From contig JAQGDQ010002428.1 in NCBI GenBank assembly GCA_030141605.1, positions 1 through 44,539 on the forward strand: a stretch of DNA of 44,539 nt, read 5' to 3'. Below the pieces are notes generated by a model. It had not been told where the DNA came from, did no database searches, and worked only from the letters and a program-made list of their open reading frames with translations. The position numbers and the translations under genes are program-made. This DNA comes from Tubiluchus corallicola (lineage: Eukaryota; Animalia; Priapulida). Shown here in pieces: positions 17,933 to 27,444 of this stretch (positions within the stretch are counted from its first letter, which is position 1; every line of letters begins with the position of its first letter).

Positions 17933-18577
17933 TTACTTTTTTCTAATTACCATCAACCCGTCCCTTACAGATAGCATCACATTTTCTACATTTTCGTCTT
18001 GTTGCACTCTTTGATTAAAGTTTGCTATTGCTCTTGTCTCTTCGTTTTTTTGTACCTCCTTTTTATTAATAACTTTTCCACTCCACAATACATTATCAGC
18101 AATAATATATCCATCTGTTTTTAACTTCTTCATCGCCAATTCGTAGTAGTTAAGGTAATTCTGCTTATCTGCATCTATGAAAACAATATCAAATGTAATA
18201 TTAAAAGATGGTATTATACTCAATGCATCTCCAATATGTTGAACTATTTTGTTTTTAAATCCTGCCTGCTCAAACCTTTTTTCATTCCCCAATCTATACT
18301 CTTCGTTAATCTCAATTGTATGCAATTCTCCATTTTGGACCAATCCTTCCGCCAAACAAATAGCAGAATAGCCAGTAAACGTGCCTATTTCTAAAACGTA
18401 CTTAGGGCGTGCCATTTTTGATAACATAGCCAAAACCCTCCCCTGCACATGCCCACTCAGCATTCTTGGAGAACACTCTCGAAGGTGGGTTTGGCGGTTA
18501 ATTTTATGTAACAACTTATTTTCTGGTGTTGTATGATCTTCTACATACTTTTCAATGTTTGTATTTATCAAATCCAT
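17933..18577 (-). CDS. Class I SAM-dependent O-methyltransferase (Methyltransf_3 / caffeoyl-CoA OMT-like)
   Basis: MLSGHVQG, VLEIGTFTGYSA, FIDADKQNY, IADNVLWSG, VRDGL. Confidence 0.92.
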   Translation of the reverse strand: MDLINTNIEKYVEDHTTPENKLLHKINRQTHLRECSPRMLSGHVQGRVLAMLSKMARPKYVLEIGTFTGYSAICLAEGLVQNGELHTIEINEEYRLGNEKRFEQAGFKNKIVQHIGDALSIIPSFNITFDIVFIDADKQNYLNYYELAMKKLKTDGYIIADNVLWSGKVINKKEVQKNEETRAIANFNQRVQQDENVENVMLSVRDGLMVIRKK

Positions 18578-18580
18578 ATA

Positions 18581-19012
18581 TTATTTTTTTGAGTTGATAA
18601 AATATTCCAAAGCAAGCCTATAACCATCCAGCCCCAAGCCGACAACAGTTCCAAGACAACTAGCAGAAAGAAAGCTATGATGCCTAAATGTTTCTCTCTT
18701 ATAAATATTAGAGATATGCACTTCTACTACAGGAGTAGTAATTGCTGCAATAGCATCTGCAATAGCAATGGAAGTATGTGAATAAGCTCCCGCATTTAAT
18801 ATGATACCATCATACAAATAGCCAACATCGTGTATTTTGTCAATAATAGAGCTTTCTGAGTTGCTCTGAAAGTATTCTAATTTAATATTTGTATATTTGT
18901 TTTCTAACTTTGGAAAAAATGTATCAAAACTTTCGTTTCCATATACATTTATCTCTCTCTTACCAAGTAAGTTTAAGTTAGGCCCATTAATGATAATTAT
19001 TTTATTCGCCAT
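18581..19012 (-). CDS. aroQ: Type II 3-dehydroquinate dehydratase
   Basis: INGPNLNLLGKRE..VYG, NAGAYSHTSIAIADA, EVHISNIYKRE.FRH. Confidence 0.97.
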   Translation of the reverse strand: MANKIIIINGPNLNLLGKREINVYGNESFDTFFPKLENKYTNIKLEYFQSNSESSIIDKIHDVGYLYDGIILNAGAYSHTSIAIADAIAAITTPVVEVHISNIYKRETFRHHSFLSASCLGTVVGLGLDGYRLALEYFINSKK

Positions 19013-19910
19013 GTCTTGGAAAATATTAATAAAACAGTTTGAACATTACATGCAAATAGAAAAAGCTCTTTCTACTAACACAGTACAAAGTTATGTAAAT
19101 GATATAAATAAGCTTGCCGAATATATAAAAATAATCAATCCAAACGCTCTTCCTAGCCAAATTACTTATATAGAAATTCAAAATTTTTTAAAATTTGTTG
19201 CCGAACTTGGATTAAAAACAACATCTCAAGCTAGAATTTTATCTGGAATTAAGTCTTTTTTTGGCTTTTTAGAGGTTGAAAATATAATAATAAAAAATCC
19301 CACATTATTAATTGAAACTCCCAAGATAGGTAGAAAACTCCCTGATGTGTTAAATATTCAAGAAATAGACAAAATGTTTCAAGCCATAGACCACTCCACA
19401 CCAGATGGAACAAGAAATAGAGCCATGTTGGAAATGTTATATAGCACAGGCATTAGAGTGTCAGAGCTAATAGAATTGCGATTGAGTCAACTCTATTTTG
19501 ACATTGGATTTATTAAGGTGTTAGGAAAAGGCAATAAAGAAAGAATTGTGCCAATAGGCAAAGACGCTATAAAATACACAAACATATACATCCAACAAAT
19601 ACGCCACGGCATGGGGGCAAAAAAAGGATTTGAAAACTATCTGTTTTTAAACAAAAGAGGAAGTAAACTTTCACGAGTTATGATATTTATGATAACAAAA
19701 GATTTGAAAACCAAGGCAGGAATTAAAAAAAATGTAAGCCCACACACCTTTAGACACTCATTTGCTACTCATCTTATAGAAGGAGGTGCAGACCTGCGCG
19801 CTGTACAAGAAATGTTGGGACATAGTTCCATTACCACTACTGAAGTTTACACTCACCTTGATCGCGATTATTTGAAGCAAGTAATCACAGAGTTTCACCC
19901 AAGAAGCTAA
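19011..19910 (+). CDS. xerD: Site-specific tyrosine recombinase XerD
   Basis: RNRAMLEMLYSTGIRVSE, GKGNKERIVP, SPHTFRHSFATHL, LRAVQEMLGHSSITTTEVYTH, FHPR end. Likely start is the ATG at 19011 (299 aa); the track's longer start runs antisense through aroQ. Confidence 0.93.
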   Translation: MSWKILIKQFEHYMQIEKALSTNTVQSYVNDINKLAEYIKIINPNALPSQITYIEIQNFLKFVAELGLKTTSQARILSGIKSFFGFLEVENIIIKNPTLLIETPKIGRKLPDVLNIQEIDKMFQAIDHSTPDGTRNRAMLEMLYSTGIRVSELIELRLSQLYFDIGFIKVLGKGNKERIVPIGKDAIKYTNIYIQQIRHGMGAKKGFENYLFLNKRGSKLSRVMIFMITKDLKTKAGIKKNVSPHTFRHSFATHLIEGGADLRAVQEMLGHSSITTTEVYTHLDRDYLKQVITEFHPRS

Positions 19911-19927
19911 TAAACAATTAATTGCAT

Positions 19928-21064
19928 TTAGTTTTTGTTCTTTTCTAAATAAGACATCACTGCCAATATTCCTCCTCTTAAATTATATACATTTGAAAAA
20001 TTATATTTCTTTTCTAAAAGGCTTACAACAGATTGGCTTCTTACTCCTGATTGACAATGCACTATTACCTTGACATCTCTTGATATTTTGTCTACACATG
20101 CTTCTATATTCTGCATTTGCATTAATTCTCCTTCTAAATTAATTGCCTCATACTCCTTTTTCCCCCTTACGTCTATCAACTGATATTTTTCTGCTTTTTT
20201 TACTTCAAAAAACTCTTGCGGTGTCATATGTTTCATGCTTTTGTTGTTGTCTATAGAGCAAGTTTTTACTTTTTGAACGTAATTTTCTTGTTTTATTTCA
20301 TGTACTTCCAAAACAGAAGTATCCTTTTCTACTTTTAATGTTTTTGATGTTCCATCTAATGCATTAAATACATACAGCTTTCCCGACATTGTTGTACCTA
20401 TCCCTGTAATTATTTTAATTATTTCAAGACTTTGCATAACGCCTATTATGCCTACCACACTTCCTATTATGCCTGCCTCTGCACAATTGGGAATAGCATC
20501 AGAATTGGGTGGAACAGGAAAAATATCTCTATAATTTATATTATGGGGAGGGTGATTAAATACTGACAATTGTCCTTCAAAACGAAAAACTGCACCAAAT
20601 ACCAATGGCTTACCTAAAATACAACAAGCATCATTGATAAGATATTTAGTAGAAAAATTATCCGTACCGTCGGCTATAATATCAAAATTACGAACTATTT
20701 GCAAAACATTTTCGTGAGTGATTTTATCATTTATTGCAACAACATTTACCAAAGGGTTAAAGGTATTTATTTTGCGCTTTGCCACCTCCACTTTATATTT
20801 TCCTAAGTCATCAACAGAATATAACACTTGTCTATGGAGATTGGTTTCTTCCACCACATCATCGTCTATTACTCCTATCGTTCCCACTCCCGCTGCTGCT
20901 AAATACAAAAGCATTGGAGAACCCAACCCCCCCATTCCAACAAGTAACACTTTGGCATTTTTTAATTTTTCTTGTCCTTTGATACCTATTTCAGGTATTA
21001 TTATTTGGCGACTATATCGTCTTAAATCCTTGTCAATCAAATGATAAAATTTGTTTTTATACAA
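19928..21064 (-). CDS. MoeB/ThiF-family adenylyltransferase with C-terminal rhodanese domain
   Basis: RYSRQII, GMGGLGSP, DDDVVEETNLHRQ, DGTDNF, PNCAEAG; rhodanese LIDVR...HCQSGVRS...NLRGGI. Confidence 0.92.
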   Translation of the reverse strand: MYKNKFYHLIDKDLRRYSRQIIIPEIGIKGQEKLKNAKVLLVGMGGLGSPMLLYLAAAGVGTIGVIDDDVVEETNLHRQVLYSVDDLGKYKVEVAKRKINTFNPLVNVVAINDKITHENVLQIVRNFDIIADGTDNFSTKYLINDACCILGKPLVFGAVFRFEGQLSVFNHPPHNINYRDIFPVPPNSDAIPNCAEAGIIGSVVGIIGVMQSLEIIKIITGIGTTMSGKLYVFNALDGTSKTLKVEKDTSVLEVHEIKQENYVQKVKTCSIDNNKSMKHMTPQEFFEVKKAEKYQLIDVRGKKEYEAINLEGELMQMQNIEACVDKISRDVKVIVHCQSGVRSQSVVSLLEKKYNFSNVYNLRGGILAVMSYLEKNKN

Positions 21065-21235
21065 TGAAAATGATTATACAAGTTGCTTTAAACATTAAAA
21101 AAACAACTTGCATACTATAGCGTTGATGTAAAAGTACAGAATATTTGTCTTTTATTCAATACAAGAAAATAGAAACTCAATATTCAAAAATAAAAGTCCT
21201 TCCAAATCTTCTTTTTAAAAATTCAAAAAAATAAT

Positions 21236-21243
21236 TACCTTTG
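21236..21243 (+). promoter_or_regulatory. Putative -7 promoter element immediately upstream of proS
   Basis: TACCTTTG ending 7 nt before the ATG at 21250. Confidence 0.55.
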
Positions 21244-21249
21244 CAAGGT

Positions 21250-22719
21250 ATGGAAAAAACTATAAAACATGATGAGGATTACTCTTCGCGATACAATGAG
21301 CTAATAAAAAAAGCAAAGCTCGCTGAAAACTCTCCTGTGAGAGGATGTATGGTTATCAAACCACATGGTTATGCGATATGGGAAAAAATGCAACAAACAT
21401 TAGACAGTATGTTTAAAGCAACAGGGCATACCAACGCTTATTTTCCTATTTTTGTTCCCAAATCTCACTTAAATAAAGAGGCTGACCACGTAAAAGGATT
21501 TGCAAAAGAGTGTGCTGTTGTTACACATTATAGACTAAAAAGTACTGATGACAAAGGGCTTATTGTTGACCCAGAAGCAAAACTAGAAGAAGAGCTTATT
21601 GTTCGCCCAACATCAGAAACTGTTATTTGGAGTTCTTACAAAAATTGGATACAATCATATAGAGACCTGCCCTTATTAATAAATCAATGGGCAAATGTTG
21701 TACGCTGGGAAATGCGTACACGACTTTTTTTGCGAACAGCAGAGTTTTTATGGCAAGAAGGACACACCGCCCATGCGACTAAACAAGAAGCTATCAATGA
21801 AGCAAAACAGATATTGCAAATATATGCCGATTTTGCAGAGAATTATATGGCAATGCCTGTTTTCAAAGGAGTAAAAACAGAAAGCGAACGATTTGCAGGA
21901 GCAGTGGAAACATATTGCATCGAAGCTCTTATGCAAGATGGAAAAGCACTGCAAGCAGGCACATCTCATTTTTTAGGGCAAAATTTCGCCAAAGCTTTTA
22001 ATGTGCAATTTGCTAATAAAGAAGGTCAACTAGAATATGTATGGGGAACATCATGGGGAGTAAGCACCCGTTTGATAGGTGGGCTGATCATGACACACTC
22101 TGATGATAAAGGACTAGTTTTGCCCCCAAAGTTAGCCCCACTACAGGTTGCTATAGTACCCATTATAAGAAATGAAGAGCAACGAATAAAAATTTCAGAG
22201 CAAGCCAATGTAATTGTCAAAAAACTCATAGCAAAAGGTATATCTGTAAAATATGACGATAGAAGCACGCATACCCCTGGCTGGAAGTTTTCAGAGTATG
22301 AACTGCAAGGAGTGCCCATAAGAATAACCATCGGACCCAAAGATTTGCAAAATAACACATTAGAAATAGCACGAAGAGACACTTTGGAAAAACAAATTGT
22401 GGACAATAACAAGATTGATGAGAAGATAGAAACAACACTAAAAGAAATGCAAATAAATATATATCAAAAGGCTTTGAAATATAAAAACACAAACATATCC
22501 TTGGTAAATGACTTTGATACATTTACAGATGTGATAAAAAATAAAGGTGGATTTATAAAAGCTCATTGGGATGGGACAGCAGAAACAGAAACTTTGATAA
22601 AAGAAAAAACCAAAGCCACTATTAGGTGCATCCCATTAGATGATGAAAAAGAGCAAGGAAAATGTGTGTTTTCGGGTAAACCATCAAATAAAAGAGTGTT
22701 ATTTGCCAAAGCATATTAA
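21250..22719 (+). CDS. proS: Proline--tRNA ligase (eukaryote/archaea-like type, as usual in Bacteroidota)
   Basis: [54 protein letters not shown], terminal FAKAY. ATG 21250 preferred over TTG 21241. Confidence 0.97.
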   Translation: MEKTIKHDEDYSSRYNELIKKAKLAENSPVRGCMVIKPHGYAIWEKMQQTLDSMFKATGHTNAYFPIFVPKSHLNKEADHVKGFAKECAVVTHYRLKSTDDKGLIVDPEAKLEEELIVRPTSETVIWSSYKNWIQSYRDLPLLINQWANVVRWEMRTRLFLRTAEFLWQEGHTAHATKQEAINEAKQILQIYADFAENYMAMPVFKGVKTESERFAGAVETYCIEALMQDGKALQAGTSHFLGQNFAKAFNVQFANKEGQLEYVWGTSWGVSTRLIGGLIMTHSDDKGLVLPPKLAPLQVAIVPIIRNEEQRIKISEQANVIVKKLIAKGISVKYDDRSTHTPGWKFSEYELQGVPIRITIGPKDLQNNTLEIARRDTLEKQIVDNNKIDEKIETTLKEMQINIYQKALKYKNTNISLVNDFDTFTDVIKNKGGFIKAHWDGTAETETLIKEKTKATIRCIPLDDEKEQGKCVFSGKPSNKRVLFAKAY

Positions 22720-22762
22720 CAATGATAGAAAAAAATATTGTGAGCTTTTTTCTATATCATTG
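22720..22762 (+). terminator. AT-rich hairpin after proS (possible terminator)
   Basis: CAATGATAGAAAAAA ... TTTTTTCTATATCATTG with a 2-nt bulge. Confidence 0.35.
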
Positions 22763-22813
22763 ACAAAAAAAGATTTTCAATAATCGAAACTTATTGACCT
22801 AAAAACACATAGT

Positions 22814-24058
22814 ATGGAACTTATAGAAATTATTTTGCCTCAAATGGGAGAAGGGATTATTGAAGCAAAAATATTAAATTGGGTAAAAAAAGAAGGCGAA
22901 AAAGTAAATGAAGAAGAAATAATTGTAGAAGTAGCTACTGACAAGGTAGATACTGAAATATCTTCTCCTTATGCTGGCACCATTAAACAAATTCTCATTA
23001 ACATAGGCGAAATGGCAAAAATAGGAGAGCCTATTGCCATGATAGAGACTAAACAAAAAGCCACTGAAACAAAAAAAACAACCACGATAGCCTCAAACGA
23101 TCTGCCATCTGCTCCCACAACTCAACATGCCACAGAGCCAAAAGTATATGACAATGATCAAAAGAAATTTTATTCGCCTTTAGTGAGAAACATTGCCAAA
23201 AAAGAAAACATTAGCATAGAAGCGCTAAATGCAATTGGCGGAACAGGACTAAACAGTAGGGTGACTAAATATGATATTTTATCATATATAAAAAACAAAA
23301 AAACTGGCGCCGTTCAAAACAAAAAATTATACAGTAATGATGGTGATGAAATAACAGAAATGAGTAGAATAAGAAAAATCATTGCTCAAAAGATGGTATT
23401 ATCTAAGCAAACAGCACCACATGTAAACTCCTTTACTGATGCCGATGTTACTAACACAGTAATGTGGAGAGAAAAAAACAAACACTCTTTCTTGGAAAAA
23501 ACAGGGCATAAAATCACTTTCATGCCTATTATAGTACAAGCAGTAGCAAAAGCATTAGAAGACTTTCCAATAGTAAATTCTATATTAGACGGGACAACAA
23601 TCATTACAAAAAAACAGATAAACATAGGTATTGCAGTGGCACTATCTGATGGAAATCTAATCGTCCCCGTAATAAAAAATGCTAATAAGCTAAACCTTAT
23701 AGAACTATCTAAAAGTGTAAATACTCTTGCCAAAAAAGCAAAAAATAATACCTTGTCATCTAATGAAATAACCGGCGGCACTTATACGTTATCAAATATA
23801 GGAATTACAGGCAATACTATTGGTACTCCTATAATACTGCAACCGCAAGTAGGAATTATAGCTTGTGGGGCAATTAGAAAAAAACCCGTAGTATTAGACT
23901 CACCACATGGCGATGTTATTGCCATCAGAAGCATACTAACATTATGCCATTCATATGATCATAGAATAATAGACGGTGCTCTGGGAGGCTTTTTTGTCCA
24001 ACGAGTAAAAAAATACCTAGAAGACTTTAACAAAGCAGACAATAATATTACTTATTAG
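22814..24058 (+). CDS. 2-oxo-acid dehydrogenase E2 dihydrolipoamide acyltransferase (probably branched-chain/2-oxoacid type)
   Basis: Lipoyl domain EVATDKVDTEI, E3-binding YSPLVRNIA...GTG...RVTK.D, catalytic SYDHRIIDG. Confidence 0.93.
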   Translation: MELIEIILPQMGEGIIEAKILNWVKKEGEKVNEEEIIVEVATDKVDTEISSPYAGTIKQILINIGEMAKIGEPIAMIETKQKATETKKTTTIASNDLPSAPTTQHATEPKVYDNDQKKFYSPLVRNIAKKENISIEALNAIGGTGLNSRVTKYDILSYIKNKKTGAVQNKKLYSNDGDEITEMSRIRKIIAQKMVLSKQTAPHVNSFTDADVTNTVMWREKNKHSFLEKTGHKITFMPIIVQAVAKALEDFPIVNSILDGTTIITKKQINIGIAVALSDGNLIVPVIKNANKLNLIELSKSVNTLAKKAKNNTLSSNEITGGTYTLSNIGITGNTIGTPIILQPQVGIIACGAIRKKPVVLDSPHGDVIAIRSILTLCHSYDHRIIDGALGGFFVQRVKKYLEDFNKADNNITY

Positions 24059-24078
24059 TTTTTTTATGAAAAATTAAT

Positions 24079-24086
24079 TACTTTTG
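24079..24086 (+). promoter_or_regulatory. Putative -7 promoter element of the bamD-rpoZ-coaBC-DUF4835-recN operon
   Basis: TACTTTTG about 30 nt before the bamD ATG. Confidence 0.55.
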
Positions 24087-24115
24087 CTCTGCAATGCGTT
24101 GAATCATATTGTAAT

Positions 24116-24946
24116 ATGCGAAACATAACCATTTGTACTATATTGGCAACTGCCGCTTTACTAACATCTTGTAAGTTACAAAGACTTCTTAAAGATGATG
24201 ATTGGCGTGTAAAATATGATGCCGCAATAGAATATTATAACCAAGGAGACTATCATAGAAGTATGATGTTGTTTGAAGATATATTGCCATATACCCGAGG
24301 GGTGGAAGAAGGAGAAGAAATACACTATTTATATGCCTACTGCTGCTTCTACCAAAGTAACTTTCTTTTAAGTGCCTATTATTTTCGGGAGTTTTATACT
24401 ATTTTTGGTAGAAGTAAATACGTTCCTGAAGCATACTATATGGAGGCATACTCTCTCTATCTCACATCACCAAGATATAACTTAGACGCAACAACAAGCA
24501 AAGAAGCCATTGCTGCCCTAGGAAATTATATCAGTAAATTTCCAAAGGACAAATATGTAAAAACAGCAAAAGAATTTATTACAACGTTAGAAAACGATTT
24601 AGCAAAAAAAGATTACGAAATAGCAAAGCTATACTTAAAGCTGCATTATTCCAAAGCAGCTATCATTGCGATTGAAAATTTTCAAAGAGATTTTCCCTTT
24701 TTTAATAATTACAATGAAGAACTATCTTTCTTAAAAATAAAAGCAAGCTTTGAATATGCCCAAAGAAGTAAAAGAAAAAAACAAAAAGAAAGGTTTGAAA
24801 ACTGTCTGGATTCTTATCTATATTACATAGACTATTACCCTGATGGGAATTGGACAAAAGAAGCTGAAGGAATATATGAATTATGTCTAGATAAATTAGA
24901 AAAGCTCAAATTAGAAAAACAACAAAATACTCAAATCAATAATTAG
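24116..24946 (+). CDS. bamD: Outer membrane protein assembly factor BamD (YfiO) lipoprotein
   Basis: Lipobox LTSC, TPR-like helices, SPRYNLD motif; conserved position before rpoZ. Confidence 0.9.
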   Translation: MRNITICTILATAALLTSCKLQRLLKDDDWRVKYDAAIEYYNQGDYHRSMMLFEDILPYTRGVEEGEEIHYLYAYCCFYQSNFLLSAYYFREFYTIFGRSKYVPEAYYMEAYSLYLTSPRYNLDATTSKEAIAALGNYISKFPKDKYVKTAKEFITTLENDLAKKDYEIAKLYLKLHYSKAAIIAIENFQRDFPFFNNYNEELSFLKIKASFEYAQRSKRKKQKERFENCLDSYLYYIDYYPDGNWTKEAEGIYELCLDKLEKLKLEKQQNTQINN

Positions 24947-24948
24947 TT

Positions 24949-25317
24949 ATGACAGATATTAAAACAAAAAAAAGCCAAAAAGACGAAACAACTGAGAAAG
25001 TAAAAAGTAGAAAAAAATTGTCGTCTAACATTGTACCTTTAGATATGGATGAAATCGTCGCTCCAACAAACAACCTATACGAAAGCATTGCAATAATAGC
25101 TCAAAGGTCAAAAAAAATCGCAGAAAAAACAAAAGAAGAAGTGAGTGTAAAACTTTCAGAGTTTGCAAGTCACGTTGATAACCTAGAAGAAACATTTGAA
25201 AATGCAGAACAAATAGAAATATCAAAATATTACGAACGACAACCCAAAGCTACCATCATTGCAATAGAAGAATTCTTAAATGGTAAACTAAGGTTTAGAT
25301 GCTCTGATGAAAAATGA
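24949..25317 (+). CDS. rpoZ: RNA polymerase omega subunit (Bacteroidota type)
   Basis: NLYESIAIIAQRS, DNLEETFENAEQIEISKYYERQPK; synteny. Confidence 0.9.
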   Translation: MTDIKTKKSQKDETTEKVKSRKKLSSNIVPLDMDEIVAPTNNLYESIAIIAQRSKKIAEKTKEEVSVKLSEFASHVDNLEETFENAEQIEISKYYERQPKATIIAIEEFLNGKLRFRCSDEK

Positions 25318-26527
25318 AAACTTGACACTTGCTGGCAAAAAAATCATATTAGGCATTACGGGTAGCATTGCAGCCTATAAAAGTGCATTACTTACAAGGT
25401 TGCTATTACAACAAAGGGCAGAAGTTCAAGTCATTATGACAAATTCTGCTCAACATTTTATTAGCCCACTCACACTGTCTACACTTTCAAAAAAAAATGT
25501 TTTAACAGAAACATTCAATAACAACGAATGGAATAACCATATAAACTTAAGCCTATGGGCAGATGCTATGTTAATAGCTCCTGCCACTGCATCTACCATT
25601 GCAAAATGTGCATTGGGAATTTGTGACAACATGCTGATAACCACCTATCTTTCAGCACGTTGCCCCATGTTTATTGCCCCAGCTATGGATTTGGAAATGT
25701 ACCTACACCCCTCCACCCAAAAAAACATCAAAACACTAAACTCCTTTGGTAATAACATCATCACATCTACAGAAGGAGAGTTAGCAAGTGGGTTGTATGG
25801 GCATGGTCGAATGGAAGAACCAAGCAAAATTGTTGAAATATTGTCGCAACATTTTGAAAAAAAAAACACTCACCTAAAAAATAAACGAGTATTAATTACC
25901 GTAGGAGCAACAAGAGAGAATATAGACCCCGTACGATTTATTAGCAACTATTCAACAGGAAAAATGGGCATTGCCTTAGCCAAGGCAATGTTGGATTTTG
26001 GTTGTAAGGTAGACATAATTTCAGCATTCGTTTCAAAAGAAATCCCATCACGCAAAAATTTAACACTACATCAAGTAAGCAATGGCATAGAAATGCTAGA
26101 AGAGTGTCAAAAAATTTATCCACAAACAGATATAGCAATATTTAGTGCCGCCGTATCAGACTTCAAGCCACAAACAACCGAAAAAAATAAAATAAAAAAT
26201 AGCACCATGTCAACACTTGAAGTTACATTAGAAAAAAACGTTGACATAGCTATGGAATTAGGAAAAATAAAGAAGCATCAAATTAACGTCGGCTTTGCAT
26301 TAGAAACAGAAAATGAAATTGAAAATTCAAAAATAAAGCTACATCATAAAAATTTTGATTTAATTGTATTAAATTCACTCAATGAAAAAGGAGCAGGATT
26401 TGGCACAAACACAAATGCTGTAACAATTATAGACAAAAATTTAAGAGAGACAAAAATTGATCTGAAATCTAAAAAAGAAATAGCCGTAGATATCGCTCTT
26501 GCTATTAACAATACAATACAAATATGA
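25307..26527 (+). CDS. coaBC: Bifunctional phosphopantothenoylcysteine decarboxylase/synthetase
   Basis: GITGSIAAYK, APATA, APAMD..M, GELASG..G.GRM, IDPVRFISNYSTGKMG, VGFALET. Confidence 0.96.
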   Translation: MKNENLTLAGKKIILGITGSIAAYKSALLTRLLLQQRAEVQVIMTNSAQHFISPLTLSTLSKKNVLTETFNNNEWNNHINLSLWADAMLIAPATASTIAKCALGICDNMLITTYLSARCPMFIAPAMDLEMYLHPSTQKNIKTLNSFGNNIITSTEGELASGLYGHGRMEEPSKIVEILSQHFEKKNTHLKNKRVLITVGATRENIDPVRFISNYSTGKMGIALAKAMLDFGCKVDIISAFVSKEIPSRKNLTLHQVSNGIEMLEECQKIYPQTDIAIFSAAVSDFKPQTTEKNKIKNSTMSTLEVTLEKNVDIAMELGKIKKHQINVGFALETENEIENSKIKLHHKNFDLIVLNSLNEKGAGFGTNTNAVTIIDKNLRETKIDLKSKKEIAVDIALAINNTIQI

Positions 26528-27432
26528 AATATACTATTTTCATACTAACGTTGCTCGCTCTGCTTTCTAGCTTTAACTTAAAAGCACAAGAATTGAACTG
26601 CCAAGTAATTGTTAATGATGAAAACGTACAGTTTACAGATAGAAGAATATTTAGAATGATGGAAGAAGCATTTGCAAATTTTTTAAATAATCGCATTTGG
26701 ACATCTGACGAATTTGAAGCAAAAGAAAAAATAAAATGCAGCTTGTTCATTTCTATCACAAATGTTCCTTCACAAGACAAGTACGAAGCGAAAGTTCAAA
26801 TACAATCAAGTAGACCTATTTACGGTGTTTCATATGAAAGTCTGTTATTAAATTTTTTAGACAATTCATGGGCATTTGACTATATAGAAGCACAACCCTT
26901 AGAATTTTCTGATGTCTTTTTCACAAGCAAAATAAGCTCATTATTAGGGTTTTATGCCTATGTTATCATTGGTCTTGACTACGACTCCTATTCTCCCCTG
27001 GGCGGAACACAATACTTCAATAAAGCATTAGAAGTAGCACTTTATACACAGTTTTTAGGTGACCCTGGTTGGAGCGGAAGGGTTCAAACGTCAACCTCAA
27101 GTTTTAGATATTGGTTAGTGGAAAACTTATTAAATAAACAATTGGATGACATAAGGTTGTCCTTCTATAATTATCATAGAACAGGATTAGATATATTTTT
27201 AGATACGCCACAAAAAGCAAGAGAGCAAATTTTCACGCTACTTACAGCATTAGACCATGCAGAAAAAATACGTGTCGATAATGTATTAAAAAGAACAATA
27301 CTGTTTACAAAGTCAGAAGAGTTGACTAATATTTTTGCAGAAGCACCTCCTAAAATGAAACGCGAAGCATATGATCTATTAATGATGTTAGATGCAAGAA
27401 ATTCTGAAAAATATAATAGAATATTACAATAA
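26524..27432 (+). CDS. DUF4835 family protein (PorD-like, T9SS-associated)
   Basis: Signal peptide ending AQELNC.V, QSSRPIYG, FYAYVIIGLDYDS, RYWLVEN, YHRTGLD; position between coaBC and recN. Confidence 0.85.
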   Translation: MKYTIFILTLLALLSSFNLKAQELNCQVIVNDENVQFTDRRIFRMMEEAFANFLNNRIWTSDEFEAKEKIKCSLFISITNVPSQDKYEAKVQIQSSRPIYGVSYESLLLNFLDNSWAFDYIEAQPLEFSDVFFTSKISSLLGFYAYVIIGLDYDSYSPLGGTQYFNKALEVALYTQFLGDPGWSGRVQTSTSSFRYWLVENLLNKQLDDIRLSFYNYHRTGLDIFLDTPQKAREQIFTLLTALDHAEKIRVDNVLKRTILFTKSEELTNIFAEAPPKMKREAYDLLMMLDARNSEKYNRILQ

Positions 27433-27444
27433 ATGCATTAAGAT

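Noticed and set aside
19011-19910. Tyrosine recombinase as a phage or island integrase
   Set aside because: Size, motifs and FHPR terminus match housekeeping XerD; neighbours are core genes and no att repeats were seen.
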